Assembly: GCA_030704615.1 (NCBI GenBank)
Contig: CM060732.1
Coordinates: forward strand, 79,484,001 to 79,548,000
Direction of reading: 5' to 3'
Origin: Takakia lepidozioides
Lineage: Eukaryota > Plantae > Bryophyta
DNA length: 64,000 nucleotides
In this document: positions 11,213 through 23,147 of the stretch, piece by piece
Numbering within the stretch: the stretch's first letter is position 1
Layout: every line of letters begins with the position of its first letter
Position numbers and translations under genes: made by a program
Notes under the pieces: generated by a model
What the model was told of the DNA's origin: nothing
The model's database searches: none
Seen by the model: the letters and a program-made list of their open reading frames with translations, nothing else

Positions 11213-14200
11213 TATCTGGAGCAGTAGTGTGGTCCTGAAAGGTCCTTGGAGCAGTTGTCAGAGCCATTTCAATCCATGTTTTATTCTTTCTTTCTACTTG
11301 CATCTTACTCACTGAGCGCTTTTGTGGGTTGGGATTCATCTCCTTTTTTCAGGTCACAACGAAATGTGCTTATGGAAGGAAATCACCTGAGCGGAATTCC
11401 CGACTATCTTGACATGTGGTCGGACCCTGCAAACGATCCAACCATGTATACTGCAGGGATATTGAAGGACTGGAGTCCTTCTCACTCAGAGACTGTGGGT
11501 GGTACCTTGACTGCCCACCTGAGCACACGCCTTTCAAGAACAGCATATGAAATACTTGAACAATAACGCTGAGATGCTGGCGCCTTTGACTGACGAAGAG
11601 TATCAACGAAACATAGCAACCTTGGCTGCCAGGAGCCTGATGCTCAGGGAACGCCGCAGAAGGGAAAGAAGGCGGGCCGCAAACCAAAAGACAAGGCTGT
11701 TGATGTCATAGCCATCTCCCAGCAAAGCCAAAGGACAAAGACAAGTCCAAGAGAAGGAAAGGACAAGGGGAAGGAGAATGAAAGGAGATGGAGAGTGGGC
11801 AGGACTTTACTGCTGGAAGATATACCCGCACTCTTCAGTGCGTGTTCGATGCCAGCCACACCCTTCCCGTTCTGATTCAGCAGGAGAGATGAAAATTGTT
11901 AATGAGGGTTGGCTTTCGATGATGCAGAGTCGAAAGAGAGGATACACGGGGTGCCATCCCCTACCGTGGGACAATATATCTCATTCTCCATCTGGTGAGA
12001 ATTCCATTTTCTTTCCTTTTTCTCTGAATGTTTCGTTGGCAGTATTTCAGTCTCGTTCTTTGAAAACATTCTTGCCATCGTTCTTATAAAAAACATGTCT
12101 GTTGCAGGTGAGCACAGGTCCCACCTTCGTGTGCGGTGTGCAGAAAACTTATGCGGCCGACATTGTCATTCTCGACATCCCGGATGGCCAGGCTGTGCCA
12201 GAAGTTCTTCCAAAGGGCAAGACGCCAGGGTGGAACAAATTCGAGGACAACTACTGGAGTTGGGTATTCGGGTTCTGTAACAATTTCCTCTCTGATGCAG
12301 GGACACTTCTGCTTTTTCAGTCATGTGACAATGATAGTCGTCGGGCATTGGCATCATACCTCAAGTCTTCAGGGTTTGAAGTTTTGCGCACATGGAATTG
12401 TGTGAACAGCCTCTACCTTGTGAAAGGGGTTTCCCTGGTCAGCTGGTATGCCGTCTGCCTTCTGCTTATGCTTTGATCATGAGTTTCAATTTTCTCTGCA
12501 GCTCCACTCTAGTAGAATGTTTTATGATCGACACCGATCATCAACGATTCATGGTTTTTTGGTGTCAGAGTTCTGAATAGCCGATGTACACACTTCCACT
12601 TTAGATTGTGTTTACCACACTAACCTGCTATCTTTGGCAGACGAGGATGTTCGAGGCGATCTGCCTGCGGAGGATTCGCACATCAAAGACACCATCCTCC
12701 ATCCGCAGCTTTGAGATTTCTGACCAGGGTTGTTTCGTCAACCCCCCCTATGAGCCCCATGTCGATGACATTTTGTACAACTTCATGCAGTCCAGTCAGA
12801 CTCTGAAGAGACCAGATGGCACTCCCTGGAGAGGTGCAAAGGAAAAGTCACCAGCATTCATGCAAATACTGCTGGAGTCATGCAGCCACCGCTCTGCACG
12901 GGTTGTCGATCTTTCTGTGTCCACAGGTTCGTTTTCTCCCTTCCGAATTGGTTTCCTTTCAACAGTTTCATCTGCTTAAATCCCCTCCTCCAAACTGTTT
13001 ATGTTCTCCTGTCTGGTGCAGGAGCAACTTACCACGCATGCAAGGCAGGCGGAAGAAGCCTTTTTGGTATGGAGGGTGATTCTGACCTCTACAACACAGT
13101 GCTCCTCCCCCTTTTGTCTGGCTCCACTTCAGGCACACAGACTGATCGGATTCATATTCGAAATGATGACGATCCCGAAGATAAGCAGGTCGACAACGAC
13201 TTTTCATGTGAGTAAGTGCTAAACCCTCTTTGGGAGTCATACTCAATTTCTCGATAACATCAAAGTTACAGTAATAACTTTTTCAGGCTGTCTTTCAGGA
13301 AAGCCAGCGGTGGATCTTCAGGAGATACAGTCATTTCTGGCGAGTCTGTTTTCGACAGCCCCCTTTCCAATTTTCTGCTCCCTGTTTATGCCGAAGCAAT
13401 GGCACTTCACGCGTCCGAGTCCCTATCCCCTGACTTTTTAGTGGCCAGCCGTAGGTGTATTCCGCGTGGATCCGGTGTTCTAAAATACTTAGACTTAGAT
13501 GCAGAGGAAGAGGGGATACATTGTACTGACTCTGAGTCAGACTGAACTGTATTCTTTTAATATTCATTTTCATATTATCTGGAAACGTTGAATCCCCTTA
13601 CTCTACCGTAGTTGTTCCTTTAGAACAAATAATAATCACAGAATCAACTTTCGTTTAAATTGCTATATGTATGAATCCATCTCACAAACCTTCCTGACTC
13701 TTCTCATATCCATTGTGCATTCATCTACACTGTATTCATGCGTGCTCCATTCATGAAAGCTTCCTTTGTACAACATCCATTGTACATTCATCCTCTGTAC
13801 TCTTTAATCCACCCCACAAACCTTCCACACTCATTTCATATACTTTGTGCATTCGTCAAAAGATTTGGTCATGCATCTTCCTGTCATGAATTTTTGTCAT
13901 TGCTCAACATCCATTATACATTCATCCATTTTACTCTTATCCATCCGTCATTCATCCATCTACATAGATTTTTCAAACTCATCCATCTGTTTATCATCCA
14001 ACTGTACATTCATCCATCATTTATTCAATGCCTTTTATTATGTCGTCCAGCTTGTTTCCGCGGTAAAGGGTGCCAATCCGCGGGAATACACTCCACTTCT
14101 TTCTGGGTGCGTGGTGACTCGGCCTCCACGTGTGATGACGTGGACTGAGACCCGTGACGTGGCATTTGCGCAAGGTGACGTGGCGTGAGCGCAGTCGCGC

Positions 14201-14251
14201 TCACGCGCTCACGTGACCAGGCTCACGCCGAGGCATCCCTGAGAAGGGTGC

Positions 14252-16308
14252 GGGATGCAACTCTCCTACAAGCGGCCCAACCCACCTTAGCAAATGTGTT
14301 TTTGCTGGCAGAGTGGATAGAGCTCAACATGGTGGAGGAACGAGTGGTCATGGTGGGATTTGCTAAGGAGACACCACAGGGTAGTGGTGCTCCTAGCCAA
14401 CCACTACCTCAACGTGCTCAAGGCAACAAGGGGGCTCCGGTGAAGCTCAGGGAAGGGCAAAGAGGACCTCAGATGCAGGGGTCTCTCCCTTCATTTGCTG
14501 GGCAACAACGGGCGGATGTGGTGTGCTGGACATGTGGAGGACCCCATGTCAAGAAGGATTGCCCAGAGGGAGGCAAAGGGCCGGCACATGCACAGCCTGC
14601 ACAGTTGCAGTGTGGGCATTGTGGCAAGCACGGGCATGGAGAGGCCCAATGTTATGGTTTGCATCCTGAGTTGCGCCCAGACCAGTTCCAAGGGAACAAT
14701 GGTGGCCGGGGGCGAGGTGGAGCAGCCCAGAGAGGACGAGGTGGCCAGGCACGAGGTGCAGGCCAAGGGCAAGCTCAACATGGCCAAGGATGCGGAGGTC
14801 AGGGTGTTGACCAAGGCATGGCCAACCGGCTTCAGCAGCTAGAGCAGAGGCTCGCTGCCATGGCTACAGCCTAGGTGGTACCGGCTCTAAGGCCGGATGG
14901 TCCACCTCCTGCTCCTGAGGGAGGAGATATGGGAGGCATGGGATTCATGTGTGGAGTAGCACTACCACTAGTGCAGGTGGAGTCTGCTGCAGCCGTGACT
15001 CGAGGAGCAGCACGAGTTCCTGAGCCACGAGGTGCAGAGGTGGAGTTGGATCCACAGCGTGGGGAGGCAAGCCGTCAGGCTAGGCTTCCTCAGTCATTCA
15101 CATTGGCGGAGATAGTATCAACGCCATCCATGGCACCTAGTTCTCGCCCGACTGTTACCGAGGTGGAGGTTACTATGCCATTGGGGAGAGCTACACGGGT
15201 AGCACCACTACCTAGTGTTGCCAAGGCTACGGCAGCTAGTGTGTTGCTAGGAGCGGCCACATCTGTGTGCCACGCTCCATTATTCTCGGCTACCATGATT
15301 GCGACGCCGAGGGTAAGACCAGCTGAGGTGTTCAGGCTGGCAGCTACACTCTGTGAGAGTGGGGAGGTTACTTCATCTTCTGCGGAGATAGTGGGAGGTG
15401 TAGTGCCAGAGGGATCCTCGGATTTGAGGGTCAAGACTGCCACGGCGGCGCCATGGCAAGCTGCAGCTGCCAGGTTGATGAAGCTGCCAGCTAGGCCAGC
15501 CATTGAGCGCGCCATGGTGACACCTGGAGTTGTCATGTTAGACAACCAGGATGACATTTTCTGTTTGAGTGGACCGGCAGGCAAGAGGTACCGGCCACTG
15601 CGGGTCTTGTTGGACTCGGGAGCTCAGCCATTGATGCTGGGCAGAGCTGCTATTGCAGGCTTGGGCCTCATGGAGGCGGATATGGAGCCTTGTCTTTTCC
15701 AGATACAGACGTCTCTGGGAGGATCGGAGCAGGCTCGGGGCATGACACGGCGTGAGTTGGCTATCAGACTACGGCCAGATCACCCTACAGATGGCTCAGT
15801 GATGCGAGCCAAGGCCATTGTGACAGATGCGGTCTCATACGATGTCCTGGTTGGTGGGGCAGTGTTGTACCCCATGGGCTTCACCCTAGATTTTTGGGAG
15901 GAGTCAGCTTCCTATAGGCCTACATGGCAGTCAGGGGAGGGCCGGCGTGTGCAGCTCTCTGTGACGTTCATAGGATGAGTTGCGGTTGCCCAGCGAGGCA
16001 AGATGCCGACACTAGCAGCATTCACAGCGGCGGTGAGTTGGCCTAGAGAGTTGTTTGAGGGCAACGCTCATTCAGAGGATGTGCCACCTCTGGGAGAGCA
16101 GGATAACATGTATGGTATGGCGGAGTTGCCTACCATGGTTGCTCAGACTCCATTGCGGGGCACGAGCAAGGATTTGCAGCGGGATGCTGATCTACGGGTG
16201 CAACAAGCCTGGGTGGAGGCTTTTGTACCGTCAGGAGAGGAGGAGAGTGCGGGGATTGCACCAGGACCACCTCAGTGGTCTCCATTGGACACCACACCTA
16301 TTGTGTAG
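14252..16308 (+). pseudogene. Gypsy gag 3' part (two CCHC zinc knuckles, Gly/Arg-rich tail) and aspartic protease
   Basis: CWTCGGPHVKKDC and CGHCGKHGHGEAQC; VLLDSGAQPLMLG and YDVLVG; in-frame stops at 14872, 15976 and 16306. Confidence 0.85.
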
Positions 16309-16737
16309 CAGTATCCGGATGAAGGCATTTGTCTTCTGGACTTGTTTGGCGGGATCAGCACCGGATTGGCTGCTGTGTTACAGGCAGGTGTACGAGTTCG
16401 GCGTTACCTGTATGTGGAGAGGGATGAGACTGCACGACGCGTTTCACTTCGCCATGTTGCTCAGTTGGTGCAGCGGTACCCTGAGTTGTTGTCGGTGTCT
16501 GCAATTCGTGGATATCAGCAGGCTTTGCCAGCAGACATTTCGTTGCTGGGAGCGCAGGATTTGGAGCGGGTTGGCTCCATTGATCTGGTAGTGGCAGGTT
16601 GGCCCTGCCAAGGGCATTCATCAGCCGGGCATGGCAATGGATTGCGAGACTCGAGGTCGGGTCTGTTTTGGGAGATGGTGCGGGTTTTGCGCCACTTGCA
16701 GCTTCATCAAGCTGTATCTCCAGCATACATCTTGGAG
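16309..16737 (+). pseudogene. Retrotransposon-encoded C5-cytosine DNA methyltransferase, N-half (motifs I-VI start)
   Basis: LLDLFGGIS (motif I), YVERD (II), IDLVVAGWPCQGHS (IV, catalytic PC), RSGLFWE, YILE (VI, cut by element B). Confidence 0.92.
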
Positions 16738-17156
16738 CAGCGTAGCTACGGCGTGAGCCCAGCCCCGTGAGCCTGGGAGCTGAGCTCACGTTGAAGCTGC
16801 AAAGCGTGAGCTGAGCTCACACTTCAGGGAAGCGTGAGCGGCACAAATCTGCTGGAGAAGCAGGTCCTATAGGCGAGGATTGCAGGAAGAGGGCCTATTA
16901 CCGTGGACAAAACAAAGGGGGCCACCATGCACCGTGTCTGCAATGCCTGCACAAAAAGAGGAATATGAAAATATGGCAGATTTGAGCTCAGAATGATTGA
17001 CACACTTTATTTGAATTCACAGATAGACGCTTACAATGAATGGCATGTGCATTTGCCCTGGTTCCATGAACGAAATATATGTGTTTGTCATAAATGCAAA
17101 GTCTTCACACGGTAACCTGGAAACCAGCATGGGAAGCGGGCATGGCTCGTATGTGT

Positions 17157-18370
17157 TCAAAGAGAATTTGGCGGAGCCCCACGTGAGGTGTCCCGCTGCA
17201 GAAGGGTGATGACTTCTCCGTAGCCTAGTGTGGCTTGGTGAATGAATTGGTCTCTCTTACCGTCGCAACACATAATTACAAGATATATGTAATATTGATG
17301 CTTGCAGAGGATCCACTTCCCTCTCATGCCGAGAGCGCCCTCACGCATCGTTACAAAATCCGGACAAGTGCATTTAGGGAAATTCCCCACGGTAACCTGA
17401 TATTCTTTGCCATGAAAAATTGAGCCAATAGACAACACTGTGTAAATCCGTCCATACCCGGGGCAGGGACTTCGGTGATACGAGTCACCCGAGCCTGCAA
17501 AATTCTAGCCGATTCCATCTTGCATTTGTGATTTGCACCCGATTCGTCATCAGCCGATTAGCGCTGTTTCTCAGCCGAGGGCAAGAAATATTCACGCACT
17601 TGCAATGCCCAACGCAAACCGACCTTCGAAATTTCAATCCAATGCCGTTGTGGATGTTCGATGTTTTTGTCATGCACCAAGGGTGTCCGTCATGTTTCTT
17701 GTCCATGCCTTGCAGAAGCCTAGCCAGTCCACTGGAAGACGTGGGAGGGTTGAGCTCAAACAAGATGTCCCCATCAAACTTTGTTGGCACGTATTGAACC
17801 CGCTGCACATGAAGGGACTCCCAATCAACAAAACGTAACTCGCTCTTGCACCCAGGCACCCCTGCGAGGGCTTTCAATTTCGGAATGACACTCGTTATCT
17901 CCTGCAATTCGTCATCATCCAAGATGGGAGTGTGCACTGGCGGAGGAATCTCAGAAACATCCTCCGAGGACGAGTCTGAAAGAGTCACGAATGTAGTGGA
18001 TGTGCTCACCTCTTGTTTCACATGAACTGTGCCCTTCTGCTGCACGACTGATGCTGCAGTGCCAGGGGTAACTACTGATCCTGCTGATTGTCTTCTCTCT
18101 TTTCCAAGGACATAGGATGTGCCTGGAAGGACTCTCCACTTCCTTCCACACTCGCCAACCAATGGTTTCTCCAAGTGCCCAGAATCCAAATTCCCATCCT
18201 CGTCATACACCTCTTTTTGAACAAGCAGATAACCCAATTCCAGCGGGAACACTGTAACCAGCTCATCCTCATGAACAACTGCAAACCCATTGTCGTCTGT
18301 AGTGGTAGTCAGTGGAAGACTACCTGCATTGGAATGAAATCGAGCGAGTCTATCTTGCTCCCTCGACATG
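17157..18370 (-). pseudogene. Element B transposase remnant: GCM-like N-terminus fused directly to SWIM end; DDE core deleted
   Basis: GMDKKHDGHPWCMTKTSNIHN...FRRSVCVGHCKC is homologous to element A. The sequence then jumps (~17550) to the region preceding CTCPDF...CKHQY. Confidence 0.88.
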
Positions 18371-18739
18371 TTTTCCTCCACTGACCAAAAATTGCGATTC
18401 ACAACGGAATCCCCGAACTGATAGCCCGTAATTCTCGAAAGGGGATCCACCACAAACAAACTAAGGTCAATAAGGTTAGCACTAACCCAAAGACTGTGGG
18501 CGATGCCTGCAAATGATGTAGGAATGACATGCACCGAACTTCGCAGACAACGACACTGAGAGACACCAACCAGAAAAACTATTTAGGGTGACAAGAAGCC
18601 ACAAGAAGCCGTGTTGTATTTCGATGAAAAACAAACCCTAAACATGACATGAAACCATCAATTATGGAAAGACGACAACAACCCTAGAGAGCAGTAAACA
18701 AGAAGACCCCGAATGTAATGAGGTTGTGTTGTGCACCTT

Positions 18740-21700
18740 GTCATTGTTTTTTCATTTGGAATCGGCCTCATAGGGTATCTCTTTGAGCTTCAATGCACAC
18801 TTACCTGGCAGCTCTAGCAGTGTGTGTCAACGCACACTATTTGAGCCCACCTTGTCATTCTTTTTTTCATTTGGAAATCGGTCTCATAGGGCATCTCTTT
18901 GTTGTTCAATGCACACTTACCTGGCAGCTCCAACAGTGTGCGTCAACGCACACTATTTGAGCCCACCTTGTCATTGTTTTTTTTCATGTGAAAATCGGCC
19001 ACATAGGGCATCTCTTTGAGCTTCAATAAACACTTAGCTCCAGCAGCGTGCGTCACTGCACACTGTTTAAGCCCACCATGTCATTATATTTTTAATCTCA
19101 AAATCGGCCACATAGGGCATCTCTTTGAGCTTCAATGCACACTTACGTGGCAGCTCAAATAGTGTGCGTCAACGCACACTGTTTGAGCCCAACTTGTCAT
19201 TGTTTTTTTCATGTGAAAATTGGCCACATAGGGCATGTATTTGAGGTTCAATGCACACTTACCTGGCAGCTCAAACAGTGTGCGTCAACGCACACTGTTC
19301 CAGCCCACCATGTCATTGTTTTTTTTATATGAAAATCGGCCACATAGGGCATCTCTTTGAGCCTCAATACGCACTTACGTGGCAGCTCAAACAGTGTGCA
19401 TCAACGCACACTGTTTGACCCCAACATGTCTTTATTTTTTTCATGTGAAAATCGCCCACATAGGGCATGTATTTGAGGTTCAATGCAGACTTACGTGGCA
19501 GCTCAAACAGTGTGCGTCAACGCACTCTAATGCACGCATCCATGTTTTTTTTTTTTTTTTTTTTTTTTTCTGAAAATCGGCCACATAGGGCATCTCAAGG
19601 CAGCTCAAGCAGTGTGCGTCAACGCACACTGTTTGAGCACACCATGTCATTATTTTTTTAATCTGAAAATCGGCCACATAAGGCATCTCTTTGAGCTTCA
19701 ATGCACACTTACGTGGCAGCTCAAATAGTGTGCGTCAACGCACACTGTTTGAGCCCAACTTGTCATTGTTTTTTTCATGTGAAAATTGGCCACATAGGGC
19801 ATGTATTTGAGGTTCAATGCAGACTTACCTGGCAGCTCAAACAGTGTGCGTCAACGCACACTGTTCCAGCCAACATGTCATTGTTTTTTTTTATATGAAA
19901 ATCGGCCACATAGGGCATCTCTTTGAGCCTCAATACACACTTACGTGGCAGCTCAAACAGTGTGCGTCAACGCACACTGTTTGACCCCAACATGTCTTTA
20001 TTTTTTTCATGTGAAAATCGGCCACATAGGGCATGTATTTGAGGTTCAATGCAGACTTACGTGGCAGCTCAAACAGTGTGCGTCAACGCACACTATTGCA
20101 GGCATCTTTTTTTTTTTTTTTTTTTTGTTTTGTTTTTTTTTTTTTGAAAATCGGCCACATAGAGCATCTCAAGGCAGCTCAAGCAGTGTGCGTCAACGCA
20201 CACTGTTTGAGCACACCATGTCATTATTTTTTTAATCTGAAAATCGGCCACATAAGGCATCTCTTTGAGCTTCAATGCACACTTACGTGGCAGCTCAAAT
20301 AGTGTGCGTCAACGCACACTGTTTGATCCCAACTTGTCATTGTTTTTTTCATGTGAAAATTGGCCACATAGGGCATGTATTTGAGGTTCAATGCAGACTT
20401 ACCTGACAGCTCAAACATTGTGCGTCAACGCACACTGTTCCAGCCCACCATGTCATTGTTTTTTTTTATATGAAAATCGGCCACATAGGGCATCTCTTTG
20501 AGCCTCAATACACACTTACGTGGCAGCTCAAACAGTGTGCGTCAACGCACACTGTTTGACCCCAACATGTCTTTATTTTTTTCATGTGAAAATCGGCCAC
20601 ATAGGGCATGTATTTGAGGTTCAATGCAGACTTACGTGGCAGCTCAAACAGTGTGCGTCAACGCACACTATTGCAGGCATCTTTTTTTTTTTTTTTTTTT
20701 TTTTGTTTTGTTTTGTTTTGTTTTTTGAAAATCGGCCACATAGGGCATCTCAAGGCAGCTCAAGCAGTGTGCGTCAACGCACACTGTTTGAGCACACCAT
20801 GTCATTATTTTTTTAATCTGAAAATCGGCCACATAAGGCATCTCTTTGAGCTTCAATGCACACTTACGTGGCAGCTCAAATAGTGTGCGTCAACGCACAC
20901 TGTTTGATCCCAACTTGTCATTGTTTTTTTCATGTGAAAATTGGCCACATAGGGCATGTATTTGAGGTTCAATGCAGACTTACCTGACAGCTCAAACAGT
21001 GTGCGTCAACGAACACTGTTCCAGCCCACCATGTCATTGTTTTTTTATATATGAAAATTGGCCACATAGGGCATCTCTTTGAGCCTCAATACACACTTAC
21101 GTGGCAGCTCAAACAGTGTGCGTCAACGCACACTGTTTGACCCCAACATGTCTTTATTTTTTTCATGTGAAAATCGGCCACATAGGGCATGTATTTGAGG
21201 TTCAATGCAGACTTACGTGGCAGCTCAAACAGTGTGCGTCAACGCACACTATTGCAGGCATTTTTTTTTTTTTGTTTTTTTGTTTTGTTTTTTTTTTTTT
21301 TTTGAAAATCGGCCACGTAGGGCATCTCAAGGCAGCTCAAGCAGTGTGCGTCAACGCACACTGTTTGAGCACACCATGTCATTATTTTTTTAATCTGAAA
21401 ATCGGCCACATAAGGCATCTCTTTGAGCTTCAATGCAAACTTACGTGGCAGCTCAAATAGTGTGCGTCAACGCACACTGTTTGATCCCAACTTGTCATTG
21501 TTTTTTTCATGTGAAAATTGGCCACATAGGGCATGTATTTGAGGTTCAATGCAGACTTACCTGACAGCTCAAACAGTGTGCATCAACGAACACTGTTCCA
21601 GCCCACCATGTCATTGTTTTTTTTTATATGAAAATTGGCCACATAGGGCATCTCTTTGAGCCTCAATACACACTTACGTGGCAGCTCAAACAGTGTGCGT

Positions 21701-22750
21701 CAACGCACACTGTTTGACCCCAACATGTCTTTATTTTTTTCATGTGAAAATCGGCCACATAGGGCATGTATTTGAGGTTCAATGCAGACTTACGTGGCAG
21801 CTCAAACAGTGTGCGTCAACGCACACTATTGCAGGCATTTTTTTTTTTTTTTTTTTTTTTGTTTTGTTTTGTTTTTGTTTTTTGAAAATCGGCCACATAG
21901 GGCATCTCAAGGCAGCTCAAGCAGTGTGCGTCAACGCACACTGTTTGAGCACACCATGTCATTATTTTTTTAATCTGAAAATCGGCCACATAAGGCATCT
22001 CTTTGAGCTTCAATGCACACTTACGTGGCAGCTCAAATAGTGTGCGTCAACGCACACTGTTTGATCCCAACTTGTCATTGTTTTTTTCATGTGAAAATTG
22101 GCCACATAGGGCATGTATTTGAGGTTCAATGCAGACTTACCTGACAGCTCAAACAGTGTGCGTCAACGAACACTGTTCCAGCCCACCATGTCATTGTTTT
22201 TTTTATATGAAAATCGGCCACATAGGGCATCTCTTTGAGCCTCAATACACACTTACGTGGCAGCTCAAACAGTGTGCGTCAACGCACACTGTTTGACCCC
22301 AACATGTCTTTATTTTTTTCATGTGAAAATCGGCCACATAGGGCATGTATTTGAGGTTCAATGCAGACTTACGTGGCAGCTCAAACAGTGTGCGTCAACG
22401 CACACTGTTGCAGATTTTTTTTATTTTTTATTTTTAATTTGTTCTAAAATCGGCCACATAGGGCATCTCAAGGCAGCTCCAGCAGTGTGCGTCAACGCAC
22501 ACTGTTTGAGCACACCATGTCATTATTTTTTTAATCTGAAAATCGGCCACATAAGGCATCTCTTTGAGCTTCAATGCACACTTACGTGGCAGCTGAAATA
22601 GTGTGCGTCAACGCACACTGTTTGAGCCCAACTTGTCATTGTTTTTTTCATGTGAAAATTGGCCACATAGGGCATGTATTTGAGGTTCAATGCAGACTTA
22701 CCTGGCAGCTCAAATAGTGTGCGTCAACGCACACTGTTCCAGCCAACCAT

Positions 22751-22783
<33 letters not shown>

Positions 22784-23111
22784 AGAATCGGCCACATAGG
22801 GCATCTCTTTGAGCTTTAATGCACACTTACGTGGCAGTTCCAGCAGTGTGCGTCAACGCACACTGTTCGAGTCCACCATGTCATTATTTTTTTAATCTGA
22901 AAATCGGCCACATAAGGCATCTCTTTGAGCTTCAATGCACACTTACGTGACAGCTCAAATAGTGTGCGTCAACGCACACTGTTTCAGCCCAACTTGTGAT
23001 TGTTTTTTTCATGTGTAAATTGGCCACATAGGGCATGTATTTGAGGTTCAATGCAGACTTACCTGGCAGCTCAAATAGTGTACGTCAACGCACACTGTTC
23101 CAGCCAACGAT

Positions 23112-23147
<36 letters not shown>

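Larger units (their letters stand above)
7924..13215 (+). pseudogene. Multi-exon cargo gene: acidic N-terminus, ParB/Sulfiredoxin-like domain, C-terminal beta-class amino (N4C/N6A) DNA-methyltransferase-like domain; several frameshifts
   Basis: Approximate exons 7924-8212, 8662-9290, 9385-9577, 9662-10098, 10182-10408, 11353-11994, 12109-12445, 12641-12926, 13022-13215 with GT..AG borders. ParB-like PVVRPPLSHDITKLESDFVHGY and YVWDGNHRLLAW (DGNHR at 9142-9156), then AMHDVN. MTase-like ADIVILDIPDG (12174-12185), FLSDAGTLLLF, PWRGAKEKSPAFMQILLESCS, VVDLSVSTG|ATYHACKAGGRSLFGME. Confidence 0.8.
2972..14241 (-). mobile_element. Element A: non-TIR Mutator-like (MULE) DNA transposon carrying transposase plus ParB-methyltransferase cargo gene
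   Basis: 10-bp TSD AGAAGGGTGC at 2962-2971 and 14242-14251. Left end CAACGACGCAATGGCGTGAGC versus reverse-complemented right end CAGGGATGCCTCGGCGTGAGC. Clusters of GTGAGC/GCTCAC and TGACGTGGC lie near both ends. Confidence 0.92.

Noticed and set aside
7924-13215. Bacterial or phage contamination explaining the ParB-MTase
   Set aside because: The gene has multiple GT-AG introns and lies inside a TSD-bounded element nested in a plant retrotransposon.
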